NCBI GenBank assembly: GCA_963422665.1
Contig: OY730441.1
Span: 4,194,489-4,258,488, forward strand
Source of the DNA: Alphaproteobacteria bacterium
Lineage (GTDB): Bacteria; Pseudomonadota; Alphaproteobacteria; Bin95
Direction: 5' to 3'
Length of the DNA: 64,000 bases
Numbering within the stretch: the stretch's first letter is position 1; every line of letters begins with the position of its first letter. Position numbers and translations under genes: made by a program. Shown here one piece after another: positions 10,203 through 18,070 of this stretch. The notes under the pieces were generated by a model. The model worked only from the letters and a program-made list of their open reading frames with translations, made no database searches and had not been told where the DNA came from.

Positions 10203-11321
10203 TTACTCCGGTATCGCCATGTGGACGAAATTGGAGACGACATCGAGGCGTTCGCTGTGCCAGGGCTCGGGGCAGAGGCAGTTGGTGAGATAGGCGAAGG
10301 AGACGCCGGAGGCCGGATCCGCCCAGCAGTAGGAGGAGCCGACGCCGCCATGGCCGAACACGCTTTCGTGGCCGAACGAGCCGAGGCCGCGGATCGTCTG
10401 CGTGCGGCCCCGGACATGCGGGCCGATGCCGCGGTGCATCGGCATCTCGAAGCGCTCGTCCACCCTCTCGCCGGTCCAGTTGCGGGTGCAATAGGCGATC
10501 AGGCGCGGGGAGAAGAGCTGCACATCCTCCAGCCGACCGCCCTGCACGAGCATCTGGTAGAAGGCCGCCATGCCCTTCGCGGTTGCGTAACCGCCGCCGC
10601 CGGGTATGCCGGCGCGGCGGATTTCGGGCGTGTTGCGCTCCGCCAGCGGCTCGAACCCGCCGCTCTCGGCCGGCGCGTGCATATCGACCGCGCGCCCGTG
10701 TTCGGAATCCGGCAGGCCGACGAACACCTCGTTTTCCAGGCCGAGCGGCGCCGTGATCTCGTCGCGGATGAAGGCGCGGAAGTCCCGGCCGGAAACGGCC
10801 TCGATGAGCGCCGCGGCCGCCCAGTGCGCAGCCCCGGCATGGTAGTGGACGCGGCTTCCGGGCGCCCATTCGGCCTCGAAACCGATGACGGCGCGCCGCC
10901 GGGCCTCGCGGTCCTCCCAGGCCTCCGGCGGCATGTCCGAATTGGGGAAGCCGCCCTGATGCGTCAGCAGTTCGAGTACGGTCTGCTGTCCCTTGCCATG
11001 CGCATCGAAGCCCGGCAGATGCATGGCGACCGGGTCGGTGAAGCGCAGCCGGCCCTCGGCGGCGAGCTTCCAGACCGCCGCCGCGGTAATCACCTTGGTG
11101 TTGGAGAACAGCAGCCAGAGCGCGCCGTCCTCCGCATCTTTCGGCGGGTCGAGCCGCGCCCGGCCGAAGCGCCGGTTGAGCGCCAGCCGCTCGCGCCGGG
11201 CGATCGCGATCTCGGCGCCCGGATAGCGCCCTTCCGCGATATGGCCCTCGACGGTCTCGACCAGGCGCTCCAGCGGCCGCGGGTCGAGGCCGAGCGCCTC
11301 GGCGTCCTCCATGCCTGTCAT
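10203..11321 (-). CDS. serine hydrolase (beta-lactamase/esterase family)
   Basis: S-x-x-K motif (SNTKVITAAAV), YxN-like core, 373 aa. The start is taken at MTGMEDAE; the Arg-rich track extension is rejected. Confidence 0.75.
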   Translation of the reverse strand: MTGMEDAEALGLDPRPLERLVETVEGHIAEGRYPGAEIAIARRERLALNRRFGRARLDPPKDAEDGALWLLFSNTKVITAAAVWKLAAEGRLRFTDPVAMHLPGFDAHGKGQQTVLELLTHQGGFPNSDMPPEAWEDREARRRAVIGFEAEWAPGSRVHYHAGAAHWAAAALIEAVSGRDFRAFIRDEITAPLGLENEVFVGLPDSEHGRAVDMHAPAESGGFEPLAERNTPEIRRAGIPGGGGYATAKGMAAFYQMLVQGGRLEDVQLFSPRLIAYCTRNWTGERVDERFEMPMHRGIGPHVRGRTQTIRGLGSFGHESVFGHGGVGSSYCWADPASGVSFAYLTNCLCPEPWHSERLDVVSNFVHMAIPE

Positions 11322-11331
11322 CGACGCGCGT

Positions 11332-11949
11332 CTAGAATTGCGGAAAGGTCGAGCCGAACGCCTCCATCGCCTCGCAGCGCCCGGCGAAAGCGGCCAGCGC
11401 CGGACAGGCCTCGGCAACCTGCATCGGCGGGTGCGCCAGACGTGCAAAGGTGAAGGCGCAGACGGCCGAGATGTCGGCCTGGCCCAGCGAATCGCCGGCC
11501 AGCCAGCCGTCGCCGGCTTCGGCGGCCAGGCGGTCGAGATATTGCATGCCGCCCAGCGCGCGCTCGCGATTGTGGGCGATCCAGCTTTCCTCGACCTTCT
11601 CCTTCGGGCGGAAGCGTGGCTCATAGACGGCCCAGATCGTCCGGTCCATGGCGCCCACGGCCATGGCGGTGACGCGCATGACCTCGCGTCTGGCCTTGCC
11701 CGAAGCGGGGGTGAGACGCTTGTCGCCGGCCATTTCGTCGAGCGCGTCCAGGATGGCATAGCTCTCGACCAGCGCCTCGCCGTCGTCGAGCAGCAGGGTC
11801 GGGATGCGCAGCAGCGGATTGTAGCGGCGGATGGACTCGGGATCGTCGAACACGGCGACCGTGTCGAGTTCCCAGTCGAGGCCCATCAGGTTCAGGGAGA
11901 CGGCAACGCGGCGCACATAGGGCGAACGGGTAGTGCCGAGAAGTTTCAT
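11332..11949 (-). CDS. glutathione S-transferase
   Basis: MKLLGTTRSPYVRRV...RIPTLLLDDGEALVESYAILDAL is a GST N-terminal thioredoxin-like domain; 205 aa. Confidence 0.75.
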   Translation of the reverse strand: MKLLGTTRSPYVRRVAVSLNLMGLDWELDTVAVFDDPESIRRYNPLLRIPTLLLDDGEALVESYAILDALDEMAGDKRLTPASGKARREVMRVTAMAVGAMDRTIWAVYEPRFRPKEKVEESWIAHNRERALGGMQYLDRLAAEAGDGWLAGDSLGQADISAVCAFTFARLAHPPMQVAEACPALAAFAGRCEAMEAFGSTFPQF

Positions 11950-12119
11950 GGGGCAGCGGTTCCCAAGTATCGGATAGCAGGCCCGCACCATAGCACCCTG
12001 CGCCCGGCATCTCCAGACCTGCCGCGCGCCGCAACTCCATCCCGCCCCGAAGGCGCGAGGCCTCCGGGAGCGACCGCATTCGGAGACAGGCATGGCCGGC
12101 GCCAAAGGCCCGTGCAGGA

Positions 12120-12149
12120 TGTCATGTTTTGTCATGTTTTGTCATGTTT
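12120..12149. repeat. 3x tandem 10-bp direct repeat TGTCATGTTT
   Basis: Seen directly in the sequence. It lies in the divergent intergenic region between the GST operon and the CoA-transferase gene, and begins a copy of a dispersed repeat (see 52258 and 52601). Confidence 0.85.
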
Positions 12150-12538
12150 CACTCCGCGGCGGCCTCTTTTTCGTCGCCCCGAACTTGCGATCCGGGGCCT
12201 CGCGAGGCTAGGGTGGTGTTTGGGCGTCGAGGTCCCGGCTCGCTGCTGCGCAGCGTCCGGGACGACGAAAGGAGGGCTGTTGCTCATCGGTGGTCCTTGT
12301 CCGTTCCGTTGAGTGTCTTTTTCGCGCCGGCGTGAAACGAGAGAGGAAGCAGCCCCGCGGATGCCGCTCCCGTCCTCCTGCCTCATCCTACCACAGGTTT
12401 TTCAGCATCGGGCCCTGTTCGGGAATTGTTTCATATTTTCTGGGGTCTCCAGGCAATGGCGCCCCGACCGCGGGGTGACGCCCGGCGGCCGGGCTGCTAA
12501 GGAAACGCCCTTCTTTCCGACACCCGGAGGCCGGAGAC

Positions 12539-13729
12539 ATGGCCGCGACGACCGGCATGCCGCTTTCGCGCTTCAGCGTGCTCGACCTTACCCGCGTGCG
12601 CGCCGGGCCGACCTGCGTGCGTCAGCTTGCCGACTGGGGCGCCGATGTCGTCAAGATCGAGGCGCCGCCGGACCCCGCCGCCGGCGAGGGGCTGGGCGGC
12701 CCGCGCGACGGGTTCGACTTCCAGAACCTGCACCGCAACAAGCGCTGCATGACGCTCGACCTCAAGGCCGACAAGGGCCGGGAGGCGTTCTTCCGCCTGG
12801 TCGAGCGTTCCGATGTTGTGGTCGAGAACTACCGCCCGGATGTGAAGCACCGGCTCGGCATCGATTACGAGGCGCTCTCGAAGGTCAATCCGCGCATTGT
12901 GCTGGGTTCGATCTCGGGCTTCGGGCAGGACGGGCCGACGGCCGCGCGGCCGGGCTTCGACCAGATCGCGCAGGGCATGGGCGGGGTCATGTGGATCACC
13001 GGCCATCCCGGCGGCGGGCCGGTGCGCGCCGGCATCCCGGTGGCCGACCTCTGCGCCGGCGTCTTCTGCGCCCAGGGCATCCTCACGGCGCTGCTGGAGC
13101 GCGAGGTGTCCGGGCGCGGGCAATGGGTCAAGACCTCGCTGCTGGAGGCGATGATCCAGATGCTCGACTTCCAGGCCGCGCGCTACCTCAAGGACGGCGA
13201 GGTGCCGAAGCAGGCCGGCAACGACCACCCGACCTCCATCCCGACCGGCGTGTTCGAGACCTCTGACGGCTATGTCAACATCGCCGCGGCCGGCGACCGG
13301 ATCTGGCGGCGTTTCGCGGCGGCGCTGGGCGCGGAACACTGGCTGCGGAACCCGGACTACGCCACCGGCAAGGCGCGCTCCGACAACCGCGCCGCCCTGC
13401 ATGAGGAAATCGCCGTCGTCACCCGGCGGAAGACCTCCGCCGAGTGGATGGAGACGCTCAACGCCGCCGGCGTGCCCTGCGGGCCGATCTACCGCATGGA
13501 CGAGATGTTCGCCGACCCCCAGGTGCGCCATGTCGGGATGGCGGTGCCCGTGGACCATCCGCGCCTCGGCCGGTTCGAGATCGTGGGCCAGGCGGCGAAG
13601 CTCTCGCGCACCCCGTCCGCAATCCGCACGGCGACGGCCGATCTCGGCGAGCACAATGACGAAATTCTGACGGAACTCGGCTATTCCAGCGCCGAGATCG
13701 CCGGGATGCGCGCCGCCGGCGCGATCTGA
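12539..13729 (+). CDS. CoA transferase family III (CaiB/BaiF-type)
   Basis: LSRFSVLDLTRVRAGPTCVRQLADWGADVVKIE is the family III CoA-transferase N-terminus. Confidence 0.8.
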   Translation: MAATTGMPLSRFSVLDLTRVRAGPTCVRQLADWGADVVKIEAPPDPAAGEGLGGPRDGFDFQNLHRNKRCMTLDLKADKGREAFFRLVERSDVVVENYRPDVKHRLGIDYEALSKVNPRIVLGSISGFGQDGPTAARPGFDQIAQGMGGVMWITGHPGGGPVRAGIPVADLCAGVFCAQGILTALLEREVSGRGQWVKTSLLEAMIQMLDFQAARYLKDGEVPKQAGNDHPTSIPTGVFETSDGYVNIAAAGDRIWRRFAAALGAEHWLRNPDYATGKARSDNRAALHEEIAVVTRRKTSAEWMETLNAAGVPCGPIYRMDEMFADPQVRHVGMAVPVDHPRLGRFEIVGQAAKLSRTPSAIRTATADLGEHNDEILTELGYSSAEIAGMRAAGAI

Positions 13730-13796
13730 GCGCGCGGCCGCGTCGGGGGCGTTCTCTCGACCCGGCAAGGCCGCGCCCGTCGGCCCCGGCCGGCGC

Positions 13797-14642
13797 TCAG
13801 ACGGGGATGCCGCCCTTGACGGTGGTGCGCCAGAGCAGCCGGCGCTGCGGCAGGTCGTAATCCTGGATGGCGCGGTGCTGCACCGTGCAATTGTCCCAGA
13901 CCACCACATCCCCAACCTGCCAGCGGTGCTGGTAGATGAACTCCGTGCGCACGATATGGTCGGCAAGCGCCTCGATCAGCGCCCTCGAGGCTTCCTCGCC
14001 CTTGCCGACGATCCCGGTGCAGTCGTCGCGCGCAATATAGAGGCTCTTGCGCCCGGTGCGCGGATGGGTGCGCACGATCGGATGCTCCACCGGCGGATAT
14101 TGCGCGACGTCCTCGGCGCTCACGGGCGAGGAGCGCTTGCGCCCCCGGAAGTCGAAGACGCCGCGCAGGCCGTCGATTTCCGCTTGCATCGCGCAAGGCA
14201 GGGCGTCCCAGGCGGCGGCCGCATTGGCGAAGCAGGTGTCGCCGAGCGCAAGCCCGTGCAGGACCGGCACCTCGACCGCATGGAGCATGGTCGCGCCCGC
14301 GGGGCGTTCGGCATAGCTCATGTCGGTGTGCCAGGTCTCGCCTGCGCGCCGCGTGCCGATGGGGGCGCCGTGTTCGACGATGTTGGAGATGAGGTAGATC
14401 TCGGGGCTGCCGTCGATCCCGAAACGGGCGGCGTTGAAGTTGAACTCCGGCTCGCCGAACCGGCGGGTGAAGGCCACCTGCTTTCCGGGCGTCAGCGTCT
14501 GGTTGCGCAGCACGATCACGCCGTGCGTGTCGAGAGCTGCCCGGATGACCGCGAACTCATTGCCGTCCAGCCCCGCGCCGATATCCGCCCCCAGGATCTC
14601 CGCGCCGGTGGCCGGCGAAGCGGGTCTCACCTCAATGTCCAT
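13797..14642 (-). CDS. TauD/TfdA-family Fe(II)/2-oxoglutarate dioxygenase
   Basis: H-x-D...H triad context (WHTDMSY...) and TauD-like length (281 aa). The start is taken at MDIEVRP. Confidence 0.75.
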   Translation of the reverse strand: MDIEVRPASPATGAEILGADIGAGLDGNEFAVIRAALDTHGVIVLRNQTLTPGKQVAFTRRFGEPEFNFNAARFGIDGSPEIYLISNIVEHGAPIGTRRAGETWHTDMSYAERPAGATMLHAVEVPVLHGLALGDTCFANAAAAWDALPCAMQAEIDGLRGVFDFRGRKRSSPVSAEDVAQYPPVEHPIVRTHPRTGRKSLYIARDDCTGIVGKGEEASRALIEALADHIVRTEFIYQHRWQVGDVVVWDNCTVQHRAIQDYDLPQRRLLWRTTVKGGIPV

Positions 14643-14664
14643 GACTGCTGCCTCCCGGTTTGTT

Positions 14665-15522
14665 TCAGTCGCCGGCGACGCGGGCGCCGGTATCCGCTTC
14701 CTTGATCGAGGTGCGCCAATGGATGCGGTCTTCCTCCGGCGGATAGTCGCCGGCAGCCTTGTGGACCATGCAGCGATTGTCCCAGATGACGATATCGCCG
14801 ACCCGCCAGCGGCGGTCATAGCGCGCATCCGCCACCACCATGCGTTCTTCGATCTCGTCGATCACGGCGTCGCTCTCGGCCGGCGCCAGCCCCTCGATAT
14901 AGTGGATCTTGCCGGGGTCGAAATAGAGCGACTTGCGCTCCGTCTCCGAGTGGGTGCGGACCAGCGGGTGGAAGGCCGGCGCGTGACCCCGGTCCTCGGG
15001 ATTCAGCAGCGCGTCCGAGCTCCGGGTGCGGCCTCCATAGGTGAAAGCGCCCCGCCGCCCTTCCAGCAGCGTCCTGAGCCGGTCGGGCAGGGCGCCCCAG
15101 GCGCGGTACATGGAGGAGAAGTGGGTATCGCCGCCCCGGCTGGGCACGGCGAGCGCATAGAGCTGCGTTGCCTTGAACGGTTCCTTGTCATAAGCGCCGT
15201 CCGTGCGCCAGCCGGCGGCGCCGCGCTTGTAGATGGCTTCGTTCAATTTGCCGTCGGCGTCGAACTTGCCGACGCCGAGCACCGTCAGCTCCGGATGGTC
15301 GGGGTGCCGGGTCGACCGGGACGGATGCGGCGCGACATGGCCGAAACGGCGGCTGTAGGCGATGAAGTCCCCGATCCCGGGCGTCTGGCCGCGCACGACG
15401 GCGACGCCGTAATCGAGCCATGCGTCGTAGATCGGCCGGAAGCCGTCTTCGTCCAGCAGCCTGACACCGACGCCGGCGATCTCCACGCCGGTATGCTCGG
15501 AGAGGGGCCGGATTTCGGTCAT
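14665..15522 (-). CDS. TauD/TfdA-family Fe(II)/2-oxoglutarate dioxygenase (paralog)
   Basis: WRTDGAYD...VIWDNRCMVH; tandem paralog of the previous gene. Confidence 0.75.
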   Translation of the reverse strand: MTEIRPLSEHTGVEIAGVGVRLLDEDGFRPIYDAWLDYGVAVVRGQTPGIGDFIAYSRRFGHVAPHPSRSTRHPDHPELTVLGVGKFDADGKLNEAIYKRGAAGWRTDGAYDKEPFKATQLYALAVPSRGGDTHFSSMYRAWGALPDRLRTLLEGRRGAFTYGGRTRSSDALLNPEDRGHAPAFHPLVRTHSETERKSLYFDPGKIHYIEGLAPAESDAVIDEIEERMVVADARYDRRWRVGDIVIWDNRCMVHKAAGDYPPEEDRIHWRTSIKEADTGARVAGD

Positions 15523-15553
15523 GGGCAGGGATCTCCCGTTCGGACCGGCTGTT

Positions 15554-16549
15554 TCAGGGCAGGGTGTCCAGATAGAGCCCGAGATCGACCTCGTTCACCA
15601 GCGCCTCGCCCGCGGCATAGCGGGAAAGGTTGGCGATGAAGAGGTCTTCGGCGCGCGCAACCGTGCCGTTGCCGGCATAGGAGCAGTGGCCGGTGAGCCG
15701 GACCGAGGGGTGCGCCCAGTAGGGGCTGCTCCGGGGCAGGGGCTCCGGGTCGAACACATCCAGCACCGCAGCCCCGACCCTGCCGCTGTCGAGCGCCGCC
15801 AGCAGCGCGGGATCGTCCACCACGCCGCCGCGCGCGACATTCACCAGCACGGCCCCCTGCTTCATGGCCGCGAGGAACCCGGCATCGACGAGCCGATCGG
15901 TTTCCGACGAATGCGGGCAGCACAGCACGACCACATCGGCGTCCCCAAGGCGGTCCCGGAGTGCGCTCATCGCGCAGACCTCGTCGGCATGGGGAGCCGG
16001 CGCCCCGCTGCGGCGCACGCCCACCACGCGCGCGCCGAACGCGCCGGCGCGCTTGCCGATCTCGCGTCCGATATTGCCGTATCCGACGACGAGCCAGACA
16101 GTGCCGGCGACCTCGCGGAACGGAAGCCGCTTCCACTCGCCCACCGCTTGCGCCGCCCGCCGGTCCGCCAGCCCCTGGTAGAGGTCGAGCACATGAGCGA
16201 AGACATATTCCGAGATTGCCACCGCCTGGGCGCTGGAAGCGCCGATGCGGATGCCGCGCACCGCGATATCGCGGTAGCCCGGATGGTCGAGGCCGGCATT
16301 GAATGTCTGCACCCATTTGACGGTGCGCGAGGCGGCGATCGACTTGAGGACGTTCCCGAAGGATCGGCCCGCCAGGTCGGAGGTAAGCCAGACCGCCTCC
16401 GCCGGCGTCTCGGCCAGCGGCGCCGCTTCGCCGTCCGCGATGCAACTTCCGTCCTCCAGCAGCGGGAGCACCTGCAAGGGCAGGCCGAGCGCCGCAAGCC
16501 GGTCCGCGACCCGGTCGCGGGCGGCCGGGTGCATGGCGACATTCAGCAC
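15554..16549 (-). CDS. D-isomer-specific 2-hydroxyacid dehydrogenase
   Basis: NAD Rossmann motif GYGNIGREIGKRAGAFGARV and a catalytic His region. Confidence 0.8.
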   Translation of the reverse strand: MLNVAMHPAARDRVADRLAALGLPLQVLPLLEDGSCIADGEAAPLAETPAEAVWLTSDLAGRSFGNVLKSIAASRTVKWVQTFNAGLDHPGYRDIAVRGIRIGASSAQAVAISEYVFAHVLDLYQGLADRRAAQAVGEWKRLPFREVAGTVWLVVGYGNIGREIGKRAGAFGARVVGVRRSGAPAPHADEVCAMSALRDRLGDADVVVLCCPHSSETDRLVDAGFLAAMKQGAVLVNVARGGVVDDPALLAALDSGRVGAAVLDVFDPEPLPRSSPYWAHPSVRLTGHCSYAGNGTVARAEDLFIANLSRYAAGEALVNEVDLGLYLDTLP

Positions 16550-16561
16550 CGTCGCGCCGGC

Positions 16562-16963
16562 CTAGCCGGAATAGTCGCCATCGCTCACCTTCTCGAACCA
16601 GTCGGTCCCGCCGCCGTCTTCTCCGGTCTCCGACAGGGCGAGATGGGTGAAGATGCTGTCCGGCGCCGCGCCGTGCCAGTGGCGCGCATCGGGCGGAATG
16701 ACGGCGGTATCGCCGGGGCGAAGCTCCTCGACCGGGCCGCCTTCGACCTGCACACGCCCGACCCCCGAGACGGCCCAAAGCGTCTGGCCCACCGGATGCC
16801 GGCGCCAGGCCGTCCGCGCGCCCGGATTGAAGGTGACATTCGTCGCCCGCATCCGCGAGGGCGAGGCGCCGACCGGCACCTCGTCCTGATACACATCGCC
16901 CGTGAACCGGTCGCCCGGCGCCTTCTTCGTCGCCCGGTCCCCGACCCGGTAAATCGTCGACAT
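16562..16963 (-). CDS. cupin domain protein
   Basis: 133 aa with beta-barrel cupin motifs (PGARTAWRRHPVGQTLWAVSG). Confidence 0.6.
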   Translation of the reverse strand: MSTIYRVGDRATKKAPGDRFTGDVYQDEVPVGASPSRMRATNVTFNPGARTAWRRHPVGQTLWAVSGVGRVQVEGGPVEELRPGDTAVIPPDARHWHGAAPDSIFTHLALSETGEDGGGTDWFEKVSDGDYSG

Positions 16964-17359
16964 TCACCTTCCCCCTTCCGGCAAGCCGCATCGCAGGACC
17001 GGAGAGTAACAGCGCGCCCGAGCGGCTGTCGAGGCGGCCGGCGGCGCCCTGCAAGGCGGTTATTGCCGGTCCGCCTTGCGCGGAACAGAAACCGTGCGAG
17101 CGACGGGCGGGCCGGTTTGCAAGATGACGGAAACAAGGCGCAAGGCCCGTTTCGGCGGCCACACTATAACCGAACTGCCGAGCGATCCTTCGGTTGCCGG
17201 GAGATGCCGGCCCCTGGCGCCGGTGTCCTATCCCGCCATGACGGCAGGGTCGCCGGGCCGAAGAAGCCTGCGCCCCAATCGAAGTCATGCGAATTTCGAA
17301 ACCGGAACAATAGAGCACGATCTATTCAATCTGAAACGGAACCGTCCGCAGAGTCCCGA

Positions 17360-17403
17360 TCGTCACCCCGGCCCCCGAGCCGGGGTGACGATTTCGGTTT
17401 CGG
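17360..17403 (+). terminator. candidate intrinsic terminator (13-bp GC stem + TTTCGGTTTC)
   Basis: TCGTCACCCCGGC-ccccga-GCCGGGGTGACGA followed by a U-rich tract on the plus strand. It is flanked by 10-bp inverted repeats GAGCACGATC/GATCGTGCTC. No annotated plus-strand gene lies upstream. Confidence 0.35.
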
Positions 17404-17687
17404 ACCGAAATGCGGTTCTATCGGAACGGATCGTGCTCCAGCCGGGCTTTCAACCTCCGACGATGTTCCGGAACGTCATTGCCCGGTTCGTCCATCCGTT
17501 CTCCATCGGAGACGAATTACAAGCCATCCGGTTTTTGGGCGGTATCCTTGCGCGGCAGGCCGGGCGCCGCAGAACCGGCCTGGCAAAGGCATCGCCAAAG
17601 ACCTCGGGAATTGCATCAACACAGCGACGACCGCAGAATTACCCGAATGGGCGCCAGTGCAAGTAGCAGCCGGCAGCCGGGCGGCGG

Positions 17688-17972
17688 TCAGTCGTCGCGG
17701 GCTTCGACGATCACGCGCTTGCGCCCGCGCCGGACCAGATAGCCGCCCCGCCGAATCGCGAGCTTGCCTTCCCGAATCAATGCCCACAACGCATCGGCGA
17801 TGACATTCGCATTTTCATCCGTATCCGGCGCATCCGCAGCCTGTGTGAGCCATTTGGCAAACGCTTCGTCCGCTATGGAGTTGCCCACGGACTTGCGCAG
17901 CGCATTGAGCTTGCGAATCTGGCCCTTTGTCAGGGCGCGCTCGTCGATCATATCGAAGTCTCCGTTCATCAT
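17688..17972 (-). CDS. hypothetical protein (94 aa) in low-GC islet
   Basis: ORF MMNGDFDMIDERALTKGQIRKLNAL... with no recognisable family. The local GC content is visibly lower than the flanks. Confidence 0.4.
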   Translation of the reverse strand: MMNGDFDMIDERALTKGQIRKLNALRKSVGNSIADEAFAKWLTQAADAPDTDENANVIADALWALIREGKLAIRRGGYLVRRGRKRVIVEARDD

Positions 17973-18070
17973 CGCAGCGTCGCAGCGCTCAATATACCAT
18001 CGTATCGAACATTGTCCAAGAATGTAATATCCTTGGAATTCGCGTCTCCGGCAAAATTGTCGCGCCGGTC

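Noticed and set aside
11311-12312. 333-aa plus-strand ORF across the GST gene and the promoter region
   Set aside because: Antisense to the GST gene and running through the repeat-containing intergenic region. No start context.
15519-17803. 599-aa and 760-aa overlapping ORFs across the 2-hydroxyacid dehydrogenase/cupin region
   Set aside because: Low-complexity Arg/Gly/Pro translation overlapping genes with clear family signatures on the other strand or frame.
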